Positions 29,371 to 39,753 are shown, counted from the first letter of the stretch. The stretch is DNA of 64,000 nt from Thermoplasmatota archaeon (GCA_041601615.1 JBFIHX010000011.1:11375-75374); one strand, 5' to 3'. Notes: generated by a model from the letters alone, not told the origin. Numbers and translations are program-made.

Positions 29371-30090
29371 TTAGGTGCTGAGTTCAGCGGTCCAGTAGTT
29401 CCATTGCTCGCCATCGATGGTGAGGCGCAGGTGGCCACGGTATGTCCATGTTCCTTCGCCCATGTCGCAGGTGACGTGGTAGGTGCCGGGGACGCTGCCG
29501 CCGCCGGGAACGTGGGTGCAGCCGCCGTCGCTGCCGCTGGCCGTGGGAGCGTCGGTGCTCTGGCTCCAGTAGTGGCCGCCGATGTGGTCGCTAAATCCAG
29601 TTACGTCGCCGCTGATGACGAGGTCAAACTCGGCAACACCTGCGTTCGTGGTGACGTTGGTGGCGGTGAGTTGGAAGGTGTCTGCGTCGGGTTGGATGGT
29701 GACGGTCATGGGCTCGCCCCAGTAGTCTAGGACGGCTTCCTTGTTGGTGTAGCGAGCGTGGCCGTAGATGTAGGTGGTTCCGATGTGGTGGATGGTGCAG
29801 GCGATGCTGAATTCGCCGGGCAATGTTCCGGCCTGGTGGGCGCAGCCGCCGTCGGAGGCGCTGGCCGAGAGCTCCGAGGGCATGGAGTCGAACCAGTAGT
29901 GGCCGCCGATGTGGTCGGTATCTACAGTGCTTGTTCCAGTGACTTTCATATCAAATACGGCGCCGGGGGGCGTGGTTTCGAGGTTGCTGGTCTCGACGGC
30001 GAAGGAGGGCTCGTTGATCGGGGCGGAGCAACCGGAAAACGCGACGAGCACGAGGGCGAGCAGGGGTGTGGCTGCGTGGATGCGTGACAT
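29371..30090 (-). CDS. Lipoprotein with two His/Cys-containing repeat domains
   Basis: Lipobox AFSG-C; duplicated DHIGGHYW...SDGGCxH...PG...C...GH. Confidence 0.75.
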   Translation of the reverse strand: MSRIHAATPLLALVLVAFSGCSAPINEPSFAVETSNLETTPPGAVFDMKVTGTSTVDTDHIGGHYWFDSMPSELSASASDGGCAHQAGTLPGEFSIACTIHHIGTTYIYGHARYTNKEAVLDYWGEPMTVTIQPDADTFQLTATNVTTNAGVAEFDLVISGDVTGFSDHIGGHYWSQSTDAPTASGSDGGCTHVPGGGSVPGTYHVTCDMGEGTWTYRGHLRLTIDGEQWNYWTAELST

Positions 30091-30289
30091 GGTGCTTTGA
30101 GGCGAGACTGCGGTGGTCTTGAATCGAGCGGTCGCGCAAAGCACACTGGGAACTGCCTCAGAGCGTCGATTGCACAGTCCCGTACAGTGGCACACGCCAC
30201 CCTCCCGGAGAACATATGAAAACAAATTCATCCTTCCTCCGTGCCCCTTATACCGCCTTGGTTCATCGCGCGCCCATCGAGGCCCGACC

Positions 30290-31381
30290 ATGACCAAACC
30301 CCTGACACTCTTGGAGTCCAAGAAGAAGGACCTGGGGCTTGACTTGTCCGAGGAGGACCTGCGCAAGCTCTACGTGACCATGGTGCGCACGCGCAAAATG
30401 GACGAGAAACTCGTCCTGCTACAGCGCCAAGGCCGCATCGGATTCTACTTAGCCTGCACTGGCCAGGAAGCCACCCACATTGGCGCCGCTTTCGCGCTGG
30501 AGCAAGACGACTGGTTCTTTGCGCACTACCGCGACCAAGGCATCCCGCTGCTGAAGGGCGTCGAGATGCAGCGCCTGGTGCACCAATGCTTCGGCAACTC
30601 CGCCGACAACACCAAGGGCCGCCAAATGCCGGTCCACTACTCCTTCAAGGACATCAACTACGTCAGCGTGAGCAGCCCGCTGGCCGTGCAAATTATCCAA
30701 GCCGCCGGCGCCGCCTATGCCATGAAGGTCAAGGGCCGCAAAGACGTGGTCATGACGAGTTTCGGCGACGGCAGCAGCAGCGAAGGCGACTTCCACAGCG
30801 GCATGAACTTCGCCGCCGTGCGCAAGGCTCCCTGCATCTTCCTTCTGGAAAACAACCAATGGGCCATCAGCGTCCCGCTGCACCACCAAACTGCGAGTGA
30901 CGGATTTGCCATCAAAGCACAAGCCTACGGCATGCCCGGCGTGCAAGTGGACGGCAACGACGTGCTTGCCATGTACCAAGCCACCAAGGAAGCCGTGGAC
31001 CGCGCCCGCCGTGGCGAAGGCCCGACGCTCATCGAAGCCGTCAGCTTCCGCATGGCCGCCCACTCCACCAGCGACGATCCAAGCCGCTACGTTCCCGAAG
31101 AAGAATACGCCGCCTGGAAAGCCAAGGACCCGATTCTGCGGTTCGAGAAATACCTCCTCAAAAACAAGGTCATCGACGAGGACTTCATCCGCGCTACGGC
31201 GAAGGCCGGCGAAGATGAAATCAACGCCTGCATCAAGGCCGCTGAAGAGCCCCTGTGGCACCCGGCGCCCGACACCTTGTTCGACGACGTGTACGCCGAA
31301 CTCCCGCCGCATCTTTTGGAGCAACGTGAGCAGATGCGCAAGGACGTGGATGAGCACGGCGTTCCCGGAGGGCACCACTGA
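30290..31381 (+). CDS. 2-oxoacid dehydrogenase E1 alpha (probably branched-chain type)
   Basis: RQGRIGFY, GRQMPVHY, TPP motif GDGSSSEGDFH...NNQWAIS and HSTSDDPSRY. Confidence 0.93.
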   Translation: MTKPLTLLESKKKDLGLDLSEEDLRKLYVTMVRTRKMDEKLVLLQRQGRIGFYLACTGQEATHIGAAFALEQDDWFFAHYRDQGIPLLKGVEMQRLVHQCFGNSADNTKGRQMPVHYSFKDINYVSVSSPLAVQIIQAAGAAYAMKVKGRKDVVMTSFGDGSSSEGDFHSGMNFAAVRKAPCIFLLENNQWAISVPLHHQTASDGFAIKAQAYGMPGVQVDGNDVLAMYQATKEAVDRARRGEGPTLIEAVSFRMAAHSTSDDPSRYVPEEEYAAWKAKDPILRFEKYLLKNKVIDEDFIRATAKAGEDEINACIKAAEEPLWHPAPDTLFDDVYAELPPHLLEQREQMRKDVDEHGVPGGHH

Positions 31382-31575
31382 TGCCGCTGCAAGGCCCCAC
31401 CGGAACGAAGGCGACGGTCGCACTGTTCTCCCTCGCGGGCATTCTCTTTGCATACCTGGCCGGCTCCACTGACGACCTGCCCGCGAGCATCGCCTACATG
31501 GGAGGCGCGCTGCTGTTGTGGGTGGCAGCAGGACTGACCATGGGGTTGAAACCCAAACCGGAGGCGGTTGCATGA
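31381..31575 (+). CDS. Small 2-TM membrane protein coupled between E1 alpha and E1 beta
   Basis: 64 aa with two hydrophobic helices; TGATG overlap with the E1a stop and ATGA overlap with the E1b start. Confidence 0.65.
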   Translation: MPLQGPTGTKATVALFSLAGILFAYLAGSTDDLPASIAYMGGALLLWVAAGLTMGLKPKPEAVA

Positions 31576-32546
31576 CGACCATGACCCTCATCCAAGCCGT
31601 CACGCACACCCTCGCCCAGGCGATGGAACGCGACCACGATGTGCTTGTTTTCGGCGAAGACGTGGGCCCCAACGGCGGCGTGTTTCGCGCCACCGACGGT
31701 CTGCACGCCAAATTCGGCGAGGATCGTGTCTTTGACACGCCCCTGAACGAGAACCTCATCGTGGGCGCTGCCATCGGCATGGCCGCCTACGGCATGCGCC
31801 CCGTCCCTGAGATTCAATTCATGGACTACATCTGGCCCGCCTACGACCAGATTGTCAACGAAGCGGCGAAGATGCGCTACCGCAGCGGCGGCGAGTACAC
31901 CTGCCCCATGACCATCCGCACGCCCTATGGCGGCGGCATCCGCGGCGGCCACTACCACAGCCAATCCGGCGAAGCGCCGTTTGCCAGCACACCCGGCCTC
32001 ACCGTCGTGGCACCCAGCACCGCCCACGACGCCAAGGGCCTGCTGCACGCGAGCATCGAAAGCGACGACCCCGTGATTTTCATGGAGCCTAAGGCACTCT
32101 ACCGAGCCGCCAAGGGCGACGTGTCGGAGAGCTACTTCAAGGAGGAGCTCGGAAAGGCCGTGGTCCGCAAGGAAGGCACCGACGCCACCATCGTAAGCTA
32201 CGGCAGCACCATGCCCATGAGCCTCAAGGCTGCAGCAGCCGCCGCCGAGCAGGACGTTAGCGTGGAAGTCATCGACCTTCGCACCATTTACCCATGGGAC
32301 AAAGAGGCCGTCCTCAAGTCCGCACGCAAAACCGGCCGCCTGATCGTCGTCAATGAAGCCCCCCGCACCGGAGGGTTCGCCAGCGAAATCAGCGCCACCG
32401 TCGCCGAGGAAGCCATGGAATACATGGAAGCGCCCATCCGGCGCGTCACCGGCTACGACACCCCCTTCCCCTACACCCTCGAAGGGCTCTACATGCCCAA
32501 CCCCAACAAAGTCATGCAGGCCATCGAAGAGGTCATCAATTTCTAG
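31572..32546 (+). CDS. 2-oxoacid dehydrogenase E1 beta
   Basis: [33 protein letters not shown] and VIDLRTI. Confidence 0.95.
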   Translation: MTTMTLIQAVTHTLAQAMERDHDVLVFGEDVGPNGGVFRATDGLHAKFGEDRVFDTPLNENLIVGAAIGMAAYGMRPVPEIQFMDYIWPAYDQIVNEAAKMRYRSGGEYTCPMTIRTPYGGGIRGGHYHSQSGEAPFASTPGLTVVAPSTAHDAKGLLHASIESDDPVIFMEPKALYRAAKGDVSESYFKEELGKAVVRKEGTDATIVSYGSTMPMSLKAAAAAAEQDVSVEVIDLRTIYPWDKEAVLKSARKTGRLIVVNEAPRTGGFASEISATVAEEAMEYMEAPIRRVTGYDTPFPYTLEGLYMPNPNKVMQAIEEVINF

Positions 32547-32559
32547 GAGGACACACAAC

Positions 32560-33912
32560 ATGTTCAGCTTCAAACTCCCGGACATCGGGGAAGGAATCCA
32601 AGAGGGCGAAATCGTCCGCTGGCTCAAGGCCGAAGGCGACGCCGTAGACGAAGACGAACCGTTCGTCGAAGTCATGACGGACAAGGCGACCGTCGAACTG
32701 ACGAGCCCCCGCAAGGGGTCCATCAGCAAGCTCTACTTCAAGGAAGGCGACACCGCCGAAGTGGGCAGCGTCATTGCCGACATCGACGACGGAGGAGCCG
32801 CACCCGCTGCCCCCGCCGAGGCCGCCGCACCGGTCGCCGAAGCAGCCCCCGCCGTGCCCGCCGCCGAAGAGAAGGAAGAACAGACGCTGTTCGAGCTTCC
32901 CAAGGAAGGCGCCGCTGCCACCAAGCAACTCAAAACCAAGGCCGCCAGCGCCGCCGTGGCGCCCGCAAGCGCTGTGCCCGCAGGGTACAAGGCCACCGCC
33001 GCTCCGGCCGTGCGCAAGTACGCCCGCGAAAAGGACGTAGACATCAACCAAGTGCTCGGCACCGGCACCAACGGCCGCGTCGTGCGCGAAGACATCGACG
33101 GATTCCTAGCAGGTGTCGCTCCTGCCGCCGCAACCACAACCCACGCCGCAGCCGGCGAAGTGCAAGGAATGGCGTTCGACTACAGCAACGTCCACTACAG
33201 CACCAACCCCGACTTGGAAGAGCGCATTCCGCTGCGTGGCCTTCGCAAGGTCATCAGCAAGGCAATGAGCCGCAGCAAGTACACCGCGACGCACTTCACG
33301 TACGTTGCCGAAGTGGACTGCGACAAGCTCGTGGAAACCCGCAACGCCACGAAGGCAATCGCCGCAGACCGTGGCACCAAGCTGACTTTCTTGCCGTTCA
33401 TCGCCAAGGCCGCGATCGCGGCGCTCAAGCAGCACCCGGAAGTCAATGCGGTCTTCGACGAAGTCAACCAAGAAATCGTTCAGAAGTCGTACTACCACCT
33501 CGGCATCGCAACCGCAACGGACCAAGGCCTGATTGTCCCCGTCGTCAAAGACGCAGACAAGAAATCCATGCTCGCCATCGCGGACGAAATCGCGGACCTG
33601 TCGGAGCGCACCCGCAACATGAAGGCGAAGGCCGAGGAGCTCAGCGGCTCCACCTTCACCATCACCAGCCTCGGCAAGATCGGCGGAGTTCTGGCAACTC
33701 CCGTCATCAACTACCCCGAGTTGGCGATCATGGGCATCCACGAACTGAAGCAAGTTCCCATCGTCAAGGACGGCGAACTGGCCATCGGCTGGCGCATGAA
33801 CCTGAGCTTCAGCTTCGACCACCGCATCATCGATGGCTACAACGGCGCCTTGTTTGCCAATACGCTCATCAAGTACCTAGAAGACCCGCAGCTCCTGCTG
33901 CTGGACTCGTGA
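32560..33912 (+). CDS. Dihydrolipoamide acyltransferase E2
   Basis: Lipoyl domain [11 protein letters not shown]3-binding [17 protein letters not shown], catalytic FDHRIIDG; AGGAGG RBS. Confidence 0.96.
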   Translation: MFSFKLPDIGEGIQEGEIVRWLKAEGDAVDEDEPFVEVMTDKATVELTSPRKGSISKLYFKEGDTAEVGSVIADIDDGGAAPAAPAEAAAPVAEAAPAVPAAEEKEEQTLFELPKEGAAATKQLKTKAASAAVAPASAVPAGYKATAAPAVRKYAREKDVDINQVLGTGTNGRVVREDIDGFLAGVAPAAATTTHAAAGEVQGMAFDYSNVHYSTNPDLEERIPLRGLRKVISKAMSRSKYTATHFTYVAEVDCDKLVETRNATKAIAADRGTKLTFLPFIAKAAIAALKQHPEVNAVFDEVNQEIVQKSYYHLGIATATDQGLIVPVVKDADKKSMLAIADEIADLSERTRNMKAKAEELSGSTFTITSLGKIGGVLATPVINYPELAIMGIHELKQVPIVKDGELAIGWRMNLSFSFDHRIIDGYNGALFANTLIKYLEDPQLLLLDS

Positions 33913-33945
33913 TATCCATGTGTGGTATTTGCGGAGGCACCTAAC

Positions 33946-35346
33946 GTGAGCACCTACGACTTGGCCGTCATCGGCGCCGGCCCCGGCGGCTATGTGGCTG
34001 CGATCCGCGCCGGCCAACTGGGCCTCAAAACCGTCATCGTCGAAGAAGGCGAACTGGGCGGCGTCTGCTTGAACGTCGGCTGCATTCCAAGCAAGGCATT
34101 CATCACGGCCGGCAAGGAATTCCAGCACGCCATGCACGGCGCCACCAAAGGCTTGCACTTTGCTGCCGGTTCGGTCAACATGCCCGAACTTGTGAGCTAC
34201 AAAGACGGCGTCGTCAAGAAGCTCACCGGCGGCGTCGGCGGGCTCCTGAAAGCCAACAAGGTCGAGGTTCGCAAGGGCCGCGCCACCTTCACTGCCAAGG
34301 ACACGCTCAAAATCGAGGGCGCTGACGCGGGGACGCTCAAGGCCAAGCAATTCATCGTTGCCACCGGCAGCAGCACCATTGAGATCCCTGGCTTCAGCTT
34401 CGACGAAAAGCGCATCATCAGCAGCACTGGAGCCCTCACGCTCCAACAGGTTCCAGAACACCTCGTCATCATCGGTGGCGGTGTGATTGGCCTCGAACTT
34501 GGCTGCGCGTATGCCAACCTCGGCACCAAGCAAGTCACCGTCATCGAAATGATGGACCAACTCGTGCCTGGCGTGGACAAGGAAGTGGCCAAGGCCCTGG
34601 AGCGGATGCTCAAGAAGCGAGGCTTCACCATCCATCTCGGCGCTCGTGCCAAGGAAGCCAAAGTCGTCAAGTCTGGCGTCAAGGTCGCATTCGAATTGGC
34701 CGGCAAGGAGCAAACCATCGACGCCAGCCATTGCCTGGTGAGCGTCGGCCGCCGCCCCAACACTCGCGGGGTCGGACTCGAAGCTGCCGGCGTCAAGCTC
34801 GACGACCGAGGTTTCGTCCCCACCGACGCCCAGGGCCGCAGCAACGTGCCCTCCGTGTTCGCCATCGGTGACATCACCCACGGGCCCATGCTTGCCCACA
34901 AAGCCAGCAAGGAAGGCATCGTGGCCGCCGAAGCCGCCAGCGGCGACAAGGCGGCAGCCAAGGACTGGGTGACCATTCCCGGGGTCATCTTCACCGACCC
35001 CGAAATTGCCACGGCTGGCATCACGGAAGAGCAAGCCAAGGAGCAGAAAATCGACTACCTCGTTGGCAAGTTCAACGTCGGTGTCCTCGGCAAAGCGCTC
35101 GCGGACAACGCCACGGACGGCTTTTTCAAGATCATCGGCGACAAGAAGACCGACAAGGTCCTGGGTGTGCACATCATCGGTGCCCACGCCAGCGATATGA
35201 TCTCCGAAGCGGTGCTCGCCATGGAGATGGGTGCTACTGTGGAAGATCTTGCCATGACTGTCCACCCGCACCCGACCATGGCCGAGGGCATCATGGAGGC
35301 TGCTGAGGCACTGCATAAGAAAGCCATCCACGCGGTCAATCGTTAG
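33946..35346 (+). CDS. lpdA: Dihydrolipoamide dehydrogenase E3
   Basis: GAGPGGYVAA, GGVCLNVGCIPSK and HPHPTMAE. Confidence 0.96.
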   Translation: MSTYDLAVIGAGPGGYVAAIRAGQLGLKTVIVEEGELGGVCLNVGCIPSKAFITAGKEFQHAMHGATKGLHFAAGSVNMPELVSYKDGVVKKLTGGVGGLLKANKVEVRKGRATFTAKDTLKIEGADAGTLKAKQFIVATGSSTIEIPGFSFDEKRIISSTGALTLQQVPEHLVIIGGGVIGLELGCAYANLGTKQVTVIEMMDQLVPGVDKEVAKALERMLKKRGFTIHLGARAKEAKVVKSGVKVAFELAGKEQTIDASHCLVSVGRRPNTRGVGLEAAGVKLDDRGFVPTDAQGRSNVPSVFAIGDITHGPMLAHKASKEGIVAAEAASGDKAAAKDWVTIPGVIFTDPEIATAGITEEQAKEQKIDYLVGKFNVGVLGKALADNATDGFFKIIGDKKTDKVLGVHIIGAHASDMISEAVLAMEMGATVEDLAMTVHPHPTMAEGIMEAAEALHKKAIHAVNR

Positions 35347-35457
35347 TCAATTGATGGCTCATCGCACGGGTGGTGCCGGGCAAAGCCCGGTGCCGCCCAA
35401 AACGATCGACCCCTTTTGGGGTCGCATAAGAAAGCCATCCACGCGGTCAATCGTTAG
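35313..35457 (+). repeat. 34-bp perfect direct repeat of the lpdA 3' end flanking a 77-bp hairpin-rich insert
   Basis: GCATAAGAAAGCCATCCACGCGGTCAATCGTTAG at 35313-35346 and 35424-35457. Confidence 0.92.
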
Positions 35458-35559
35458 CGTCGGTAAACGTCCATTCCGAGTGGTCCCGGGCGGAGCTTGG
35501 TGCCACGCAAAATGAACGCCCTTTTCCTTCTCTTTTCCTGTTTTGAAGAATGTCTGGGC

Positions 35560-35952
35560 CTATGGCCTTGGCCGCTTCGGTTCCACGATTCGCATCAAGT
35601 GCGTGCCGACGACGAGCACGAGGGCGATGGCCGCCGCGAGGGAGCCAATCTGGACGTACAGGAGCGCGGTCTCCAGATTCAGGGGCCACAGGGAGATGGT
35701 GCCGTTGCGAAGGCGAACGACGAATTGGACCACCAGGATCGCGTAGGCGAGCACGCTCGTGCCGAGGGCGACCATGAGCGCGGTGGTGGCGGCCCGGAAG
35801 TGGCCGAACGCCTCGCGGCGAAACACATTCATCATGGTTGCGGCGCGAATTCCGATGGCGGGTGGCAGCGCAATGATCAGGCTGGCTGCTGCCAAAGTAC
35901 TGACGTCGCTCAACCCCAGTACTCCCACGTTTTCAGTAGGCGCGGGTGCCAC
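35560..35952 (-). CDS. Small 3-TM membrane protein, paralog of the C-terminus of 9373..10722
   Basis: FRREAFGHF...WPLNLETALLYVQ. Confidence 0.7.
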   Translation of the reverse strand: MAPAPTENVGVLGLSDVSTLAAASLIIALPPAIGIRAATMMNVFRREAFGHFRAATTALMVALGTSVLAYAILVVQFVVRLRNGTISLWPLNLETALLYVQIGSLAAAIALVLVVGTHLMRIVEPKRPRP

Positions 35953-35985
35953 ATAAACACTAGGGATGAATGGTGAACTTTGGGC

Positions 35986-37650
35986 TCAGCCTGCCCACAA
36001 CCCGCCGCCCGAGACTCCGCGCGCGGCTCGGTCCATGACGTCGCCAAGGAACTGATCAATGCCCGGATCGTCGCCGCCGTCAAGGATGCCTTGCACGTCG
36101 CGCCATTTTTCGTCCAGGCGCTTCATCATGGCGCTGTCGATGGTGTCTTGGGCTGTAAAGTACCACGCCTCGACCTTGTCTTTTTGGCCGATGCGGTGCA
36201 GGCGGCCCTCGCATTGTTCGTGCTTGGTGGGGGTCCAGTCTAGTTCGATGAACACCACGTGCCTTGCGTGTAGTTGCATGCCGTCGACGCCTTGGCCGCT
36301 GGCGTCCATGGTTGCGACGATGCCGTCGTAGCCGCCCATGCCGTCGATGAGCACTTGCCGCGTTTGTGTCGGTACGTTGCCCGTGATGATGGCGTGTTTT
36401 CCGGGGAGTGCGGCTGCGAGTTCGCGCACCACTTGTTTGTGGTAGGCAAAGTAGACGGCTCGTTCTTTGTCAAGACCCTTGGCCCACTCGACCACGGCGG
36501 GGATTTTGGCCAGTGCCGACTCGCGGCGCAGGCGCCCAAGCTGGGCCATGCCTGCGAGCCTCACGTCGGCGCCCCAGCCGTCTGGGTGTTCCTTTTGTTG
36601 TCGGCGGACCCAGTCTACGAAGCTTTCCTCCTCGCGTCGGTAGCCGTCGGCGCCTTCAAGCGTCACGTCGCGGCGGGTGCGGTGGAAGTCGGGCAGTTCG
36701 TCGGTGACTTGGTCCTTGGTGCGGCGCAGAAAACAGGTGTCGCGCAGGCGGTTGTGCAGTTCACGCCGAGGCAAGCTTTCGAGGGCGCGCATGGCGTGGT
36801 CGTGGCGCAGGGGCCCGTGCGCGGGGGTCCAGTAGTGCGGCAGGACGCCTTTGTAGATGTGCAGGACGTCTTCCAGTTGTCCGATGAGGCGCAGTTGTTG
36901 GATGAGGTCGGGGCGTCGATTGGGAATCGGCGTGCCGCTGAGTGCGAATCGTACGGGCACGGATTCGATGAGGTCGCCTACGAGGCCGGTGCGCTGCGCC
37001 TTTGGGTTCTTGAAAACGTGCGCTTCGTCCATGACGACGGCTTGGGGTTCGACGAGGACCAGTTGTTCGATGAGTGAGTACAGCAATTCGGCGTTGAGGA
37101 CGATGATGTCGGCGTCTTCCACGAGGTCGCGTCCTTTCTGGAGCACTTGCACGCTGCGCCAGGGCATCCATTTGAGAATCTCTGCTTTCCAGCTCAACTT
37201 TACGCTGGCGGGGCAGACGACCACGGCGGGAAACGCTCGTAGTCGCTCCAAGGCGAGAAGTGCTTGCAGGGTCTTTCCTAGGCCCATGCCGTCGCCTAGG
37301 AATGCCCGTTTTTTGTCCACCAAAAAGTCGACGCCTTGGCGCTGGTAGGGGCGCAGGTGTTGTTCCAATTCTCGCACGCGGCGGGCGGGGCTGCGCAAGG
37401 CGTCCGCGTCCAGCAGGGACTCAAGGCGGTCCTCGGCTTCCTCGTCGAGGTTCAAGTGGTGGCCTTCGTGCAAGTAGCGCACGGAGCGGGCGCCATCTTC
37501 GTCGTCGGCAAGCCACCAGAGCCGTTCGCCTGGATCCCACAGGGGCAATTCGAGGCGGCGGTCCTTGAGAGCGTCGCGCCAGGCGTCCGGCAGGCGTCCC
37601 GGCAATTCGAAGCGGTCGTTGTGGAATGTGATGGAGTCCATCACTGCCAC
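35986..37650 (-). CDS. SNF2-family helicase/translocase (SMARCAL1/HARP-like)
   Basis: LRPYQRQG, DGMGLGKT, DEAH, SGTPIPN and QCEGRLHRIGQ. Confidence 0.9.
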   Translation of the reverse strand: MAVMDSITFHNDRFELPGRLPDAWRDALKDRRLELPLWDPGERLWWLADDEDGARSVRYLHEGHHLNLDEEAEDRLESLLDADALRSPARRVRELEQHLRPYQRQGVDFLVDKKRAFLGDGMGLGKTLQALLALERLRAFPAVVVCPASVKLSWKAEILKWMPWRSVQVLQKGRDLVEDADIIVLNAELLYSLIEQLVLVEPQAVVMDEAHVFKNPKAQRTGLVGDLIESVPVRFALSGTPIPNRRPDLIQQLRLIGQLEDVLHIYKGVLPHYWTPAHGPLRHDHAMRALESLPRRELHNRLRDTCFLRRTKDQVTDELPDFHRTRRDVTLEGADGYRREEESFVDWVRRQQKEHPDGWGADVRLAGMAQLGRLRRESALAKIPAVVEWAKGLDKERAVYFAYHKQVVRELAAALPGKHAIITGNVPTQTRQVLIDGMGGYDGIVATMDASGQGVDGMQLHARHVVFIELDWTPTKHEQCEGRLHRIGQKDKVEAWYFTAQDTIDSAMMKRLDEKWRDVQGILDGGDDPGIDQFLGDVMDRAARGVSGGGLWAG

Positions 37651-37753
37651 TGTTTCCGCTCCATGTCTCGTGCGACGAGGGCAGGGAACAAAAAGGAGTG
37701 CAAGGGAGAGGGCCGGACGCGGAGGTCTGGATGGGTCGTGCGAGGCTTGGGGC

Positions 37754-38161
37754 TCAAGCGAGGTTCGTGCAGTAGTGGTCGGCGATCCATATGTCTAGGA
37801 CGTAGACGGAGCCGTAGCAGGTGTTGCCGCAGTGGCCGGTGAAGGTTCCGCGTAGGGAGACGCCGTCGCAACCGCCGAACAGATTGGCACTGGAGTCGGC
37901 GGAGGAGGTGCTGGCGTGGCTTTCGGTGCTGGCGACGTTACAGTCCGGGTTGCAGAAGATCGGCCCGGGGCAAATGTGGTCTGCCCAGCGGTTGCCGTTG
38001 AGGTACACGGTGCCGTTGCAGGTGTCGCCGCAGTGGCCGGTGAAATTGCTGGACACGACCACGCCATCGCAACCGCCGGTAAGGGCGGAGGCGCTGGGTA
38101 CGACAAGTGTGGAGAGGGAGGCGGTCAGGAGCAGGGTGGTAAGCAGAGGCACAACGCGCAT
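37754..38161 (-). CDS. Secreted Cys-rich protein with two internal repeats
   Basis: Signal peptide; GGCDGV..FTGHCG.TC.G.VY....W.ADH.C occurs twice. Confidence 0.75.
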   Translation of the reverse strand: MRVVPLLTTLLLTASLSTLVVPSASALTGGCDGVVVSSNFTGHCGDTCNGTVYLNGNRWADHICPGPIFCNPDCNVASTESHASTSSADSSANLFGGCDGVSLRGTFTGHCGNTCYGSVYVLDIWIADHYCTNLA

Positions 38162-38227
38162 AGTGCTTGCAAGGGGAACCACGATTCTTGAGCGTCACTC
38201 GGGATGAACAGGAAGCCCTGGGTGGGT

Positions 38228-39457
38228 TCAAGTGATGATGTCTTCGGACTCTTTGCCGGTGTACCAGGAGCCGTGGTAGTCGCGGTCTCGTGCCTCAAAT
38301 GCCTGTTTGGTCATTTTCAAGGGGCGGTAGGTGTCGATCATGACGGCCATTTCGTCGGTGCGGTCGTGGCCCATGCTGGCTTCGTAGCGGCCGGGCTGCG
38401 GCGCGTGCGCGATGCCCATGGGGTGCAGGGACAGGCTGCCGGGGCCGACTCCTTTGCGGCTTGTGAAGTTGCCTTCGACGTACCAGAGCACCTCGTCGCA
38501 GTCGACGCTGCTGTGGGGGTAGGGGCAGGGGATGGCGTCCGGGTGGTAGTCGACTTTGCGCGGTACGAAGCTGCATACGACGTAGGCGCCGCCTTGGCCA
38601 AGGAATGTGGTGTGGATGGGGGGCGGGAGGTGGACGGTGCTGGTTTTGGGTTGGTAGTCGTGGATGTTGAAGGCCACGGGGTACACGGCGCCGTCGAATC
38701 CCACGGCATCGAAGGGGTGGTGGGGCAGGACGCGCACGCGGTGCTGGTCTTTGCGTTTGTGCAGGACGCGCACGAATCCGTCGGCGCCCACGTCGCCGTC
38801 CAAGGGCGTGCTGAGCGCTTCGGGTCGCCGGAAATCGCGCACGGAGTAGGGCGCGTCCATTTTCAGTTGCCCCACGGGATTCATAAAGTTGGAGGGGACT
38901 TGGAGGGTTGCGCGGCATTCGTTGACCATGACGTACACGGGGCCGGTGTCGAAGCGGACGCGCCAGACGATGCCCTTGGGAACCCAGACGTAGTCGTGGC
39001 GGCGGAACGGGAGCTGGCCGAGTTCCGAGTCGAGGATGCCGCTTCCTTCGTGGACAAACAGCAGAACGTCGCCGTCGCCGTTTTGGAACAAGCCAGAATC
39101 AGGTTCTGTGGGTTCAGCGGTGCCAATCCAAACGTCGTCGTTGCCCATCAGGACACGGTGGCTTTGCCAGAGCGAGCCGGGGCCTGCAAGGCCGCCGCCG
39201 GGGACGTGGGTGCGTTCCATGGAGTCGCCTGCGGGGTCCATCCAGGCTACGGGTGCGATGCCTTCGGCGGGTTCGATGCGCGCTTCCTGGCCGGGGTTGT
39301 TTTCGCGGTATAGGATGCTGTAGGCGCCGTCGAAGCCGCCCCGCGTGTGGCAGTGCTCGTAGTAGACTGGGCAGCCGTCCTTGCCGGGGCCGTCCGGGCG
39401 GCGAAGCGCGATGTGGTGCTTGGCGGGCACGGATCCGAGGCGGTGGTAGGCGATCAT
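38228..39457 (-). CDS. hmgA: Homogentisate 1,2-dioxygenase
   Basis: NGDGD, HHPFDAVGFDG, HLPPPIH, PYPHSSVDCDE, LHPMGIAHAP and EMAVMIDT. Confidence 0.93.
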   Translation of the reverse strand: MIAYHRLGSVPAKHHIALRRPDGPGKDGCPVYYEHCHTRGGFDGAYSILYRENNPGQEARIEPAEGIAPVAWMDPAGDSMERTHVPGGGLAGPGSLWQSHRVLMGNDDVWIGTAEPTEPDSGLFQNGDGDVLLFVHEGSGILDSELGQLPFRRHDYVWVPKGIVWRVRFDTGPVYVMVNECRATLQVPSNFMNPVGQLKMDAPYSVRDFRRPEALSTPLDGDVGADGFVRVLHKRKDQHRVRVLPHHPFDAVGFDGAVYPVAFNIHDYQPKTSTVHLPPPIHTTFLGQGGAYVVCSFVPRKVDYHPDAIPCPYPHSSVDCDEVLWYVEGNFTSRKGVGPGSLSLHPMGIAHAPQPGRYEASMGHDRTDEMAVMIDTYRPLKMTKQAFEARDRDYHGSWYTGKESEDIIT

Positions 39458-39753
39458 GGGTGTGGGTGGGCAGGAGGCGACGCTCCGCATAGCCGTTGCC
39501 AAGCAAGGTACAGTCCCTCACACCACCTATTGAACACATGTGATCAATGATGTCGGGGCGTGGTGGGTTCGTGGCACTTGGCCGCAGATGCAGCCCAGGC
39601 GCCGAGCAAGCAACACGCCAAGCCCGAAGCGCGACAGGTCCTGGTGCGCCGCCCCCCCATCCAGACGACGCCACAGGGCATCACCTGGCCCCATGAACGC
39701 CCCCAAAAGCCCCATTACCCCCGGCAGTGAAGTTCAAGAAGAGCGCCCTTCAG

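Noticed and set aside
35313-35457. Two 34-bp repeats as a mini-CRISPR
   Set aside because: The repeat is the lpdA coding end, the spacer is 77 bp and structured, and there is no leader or cas gene.
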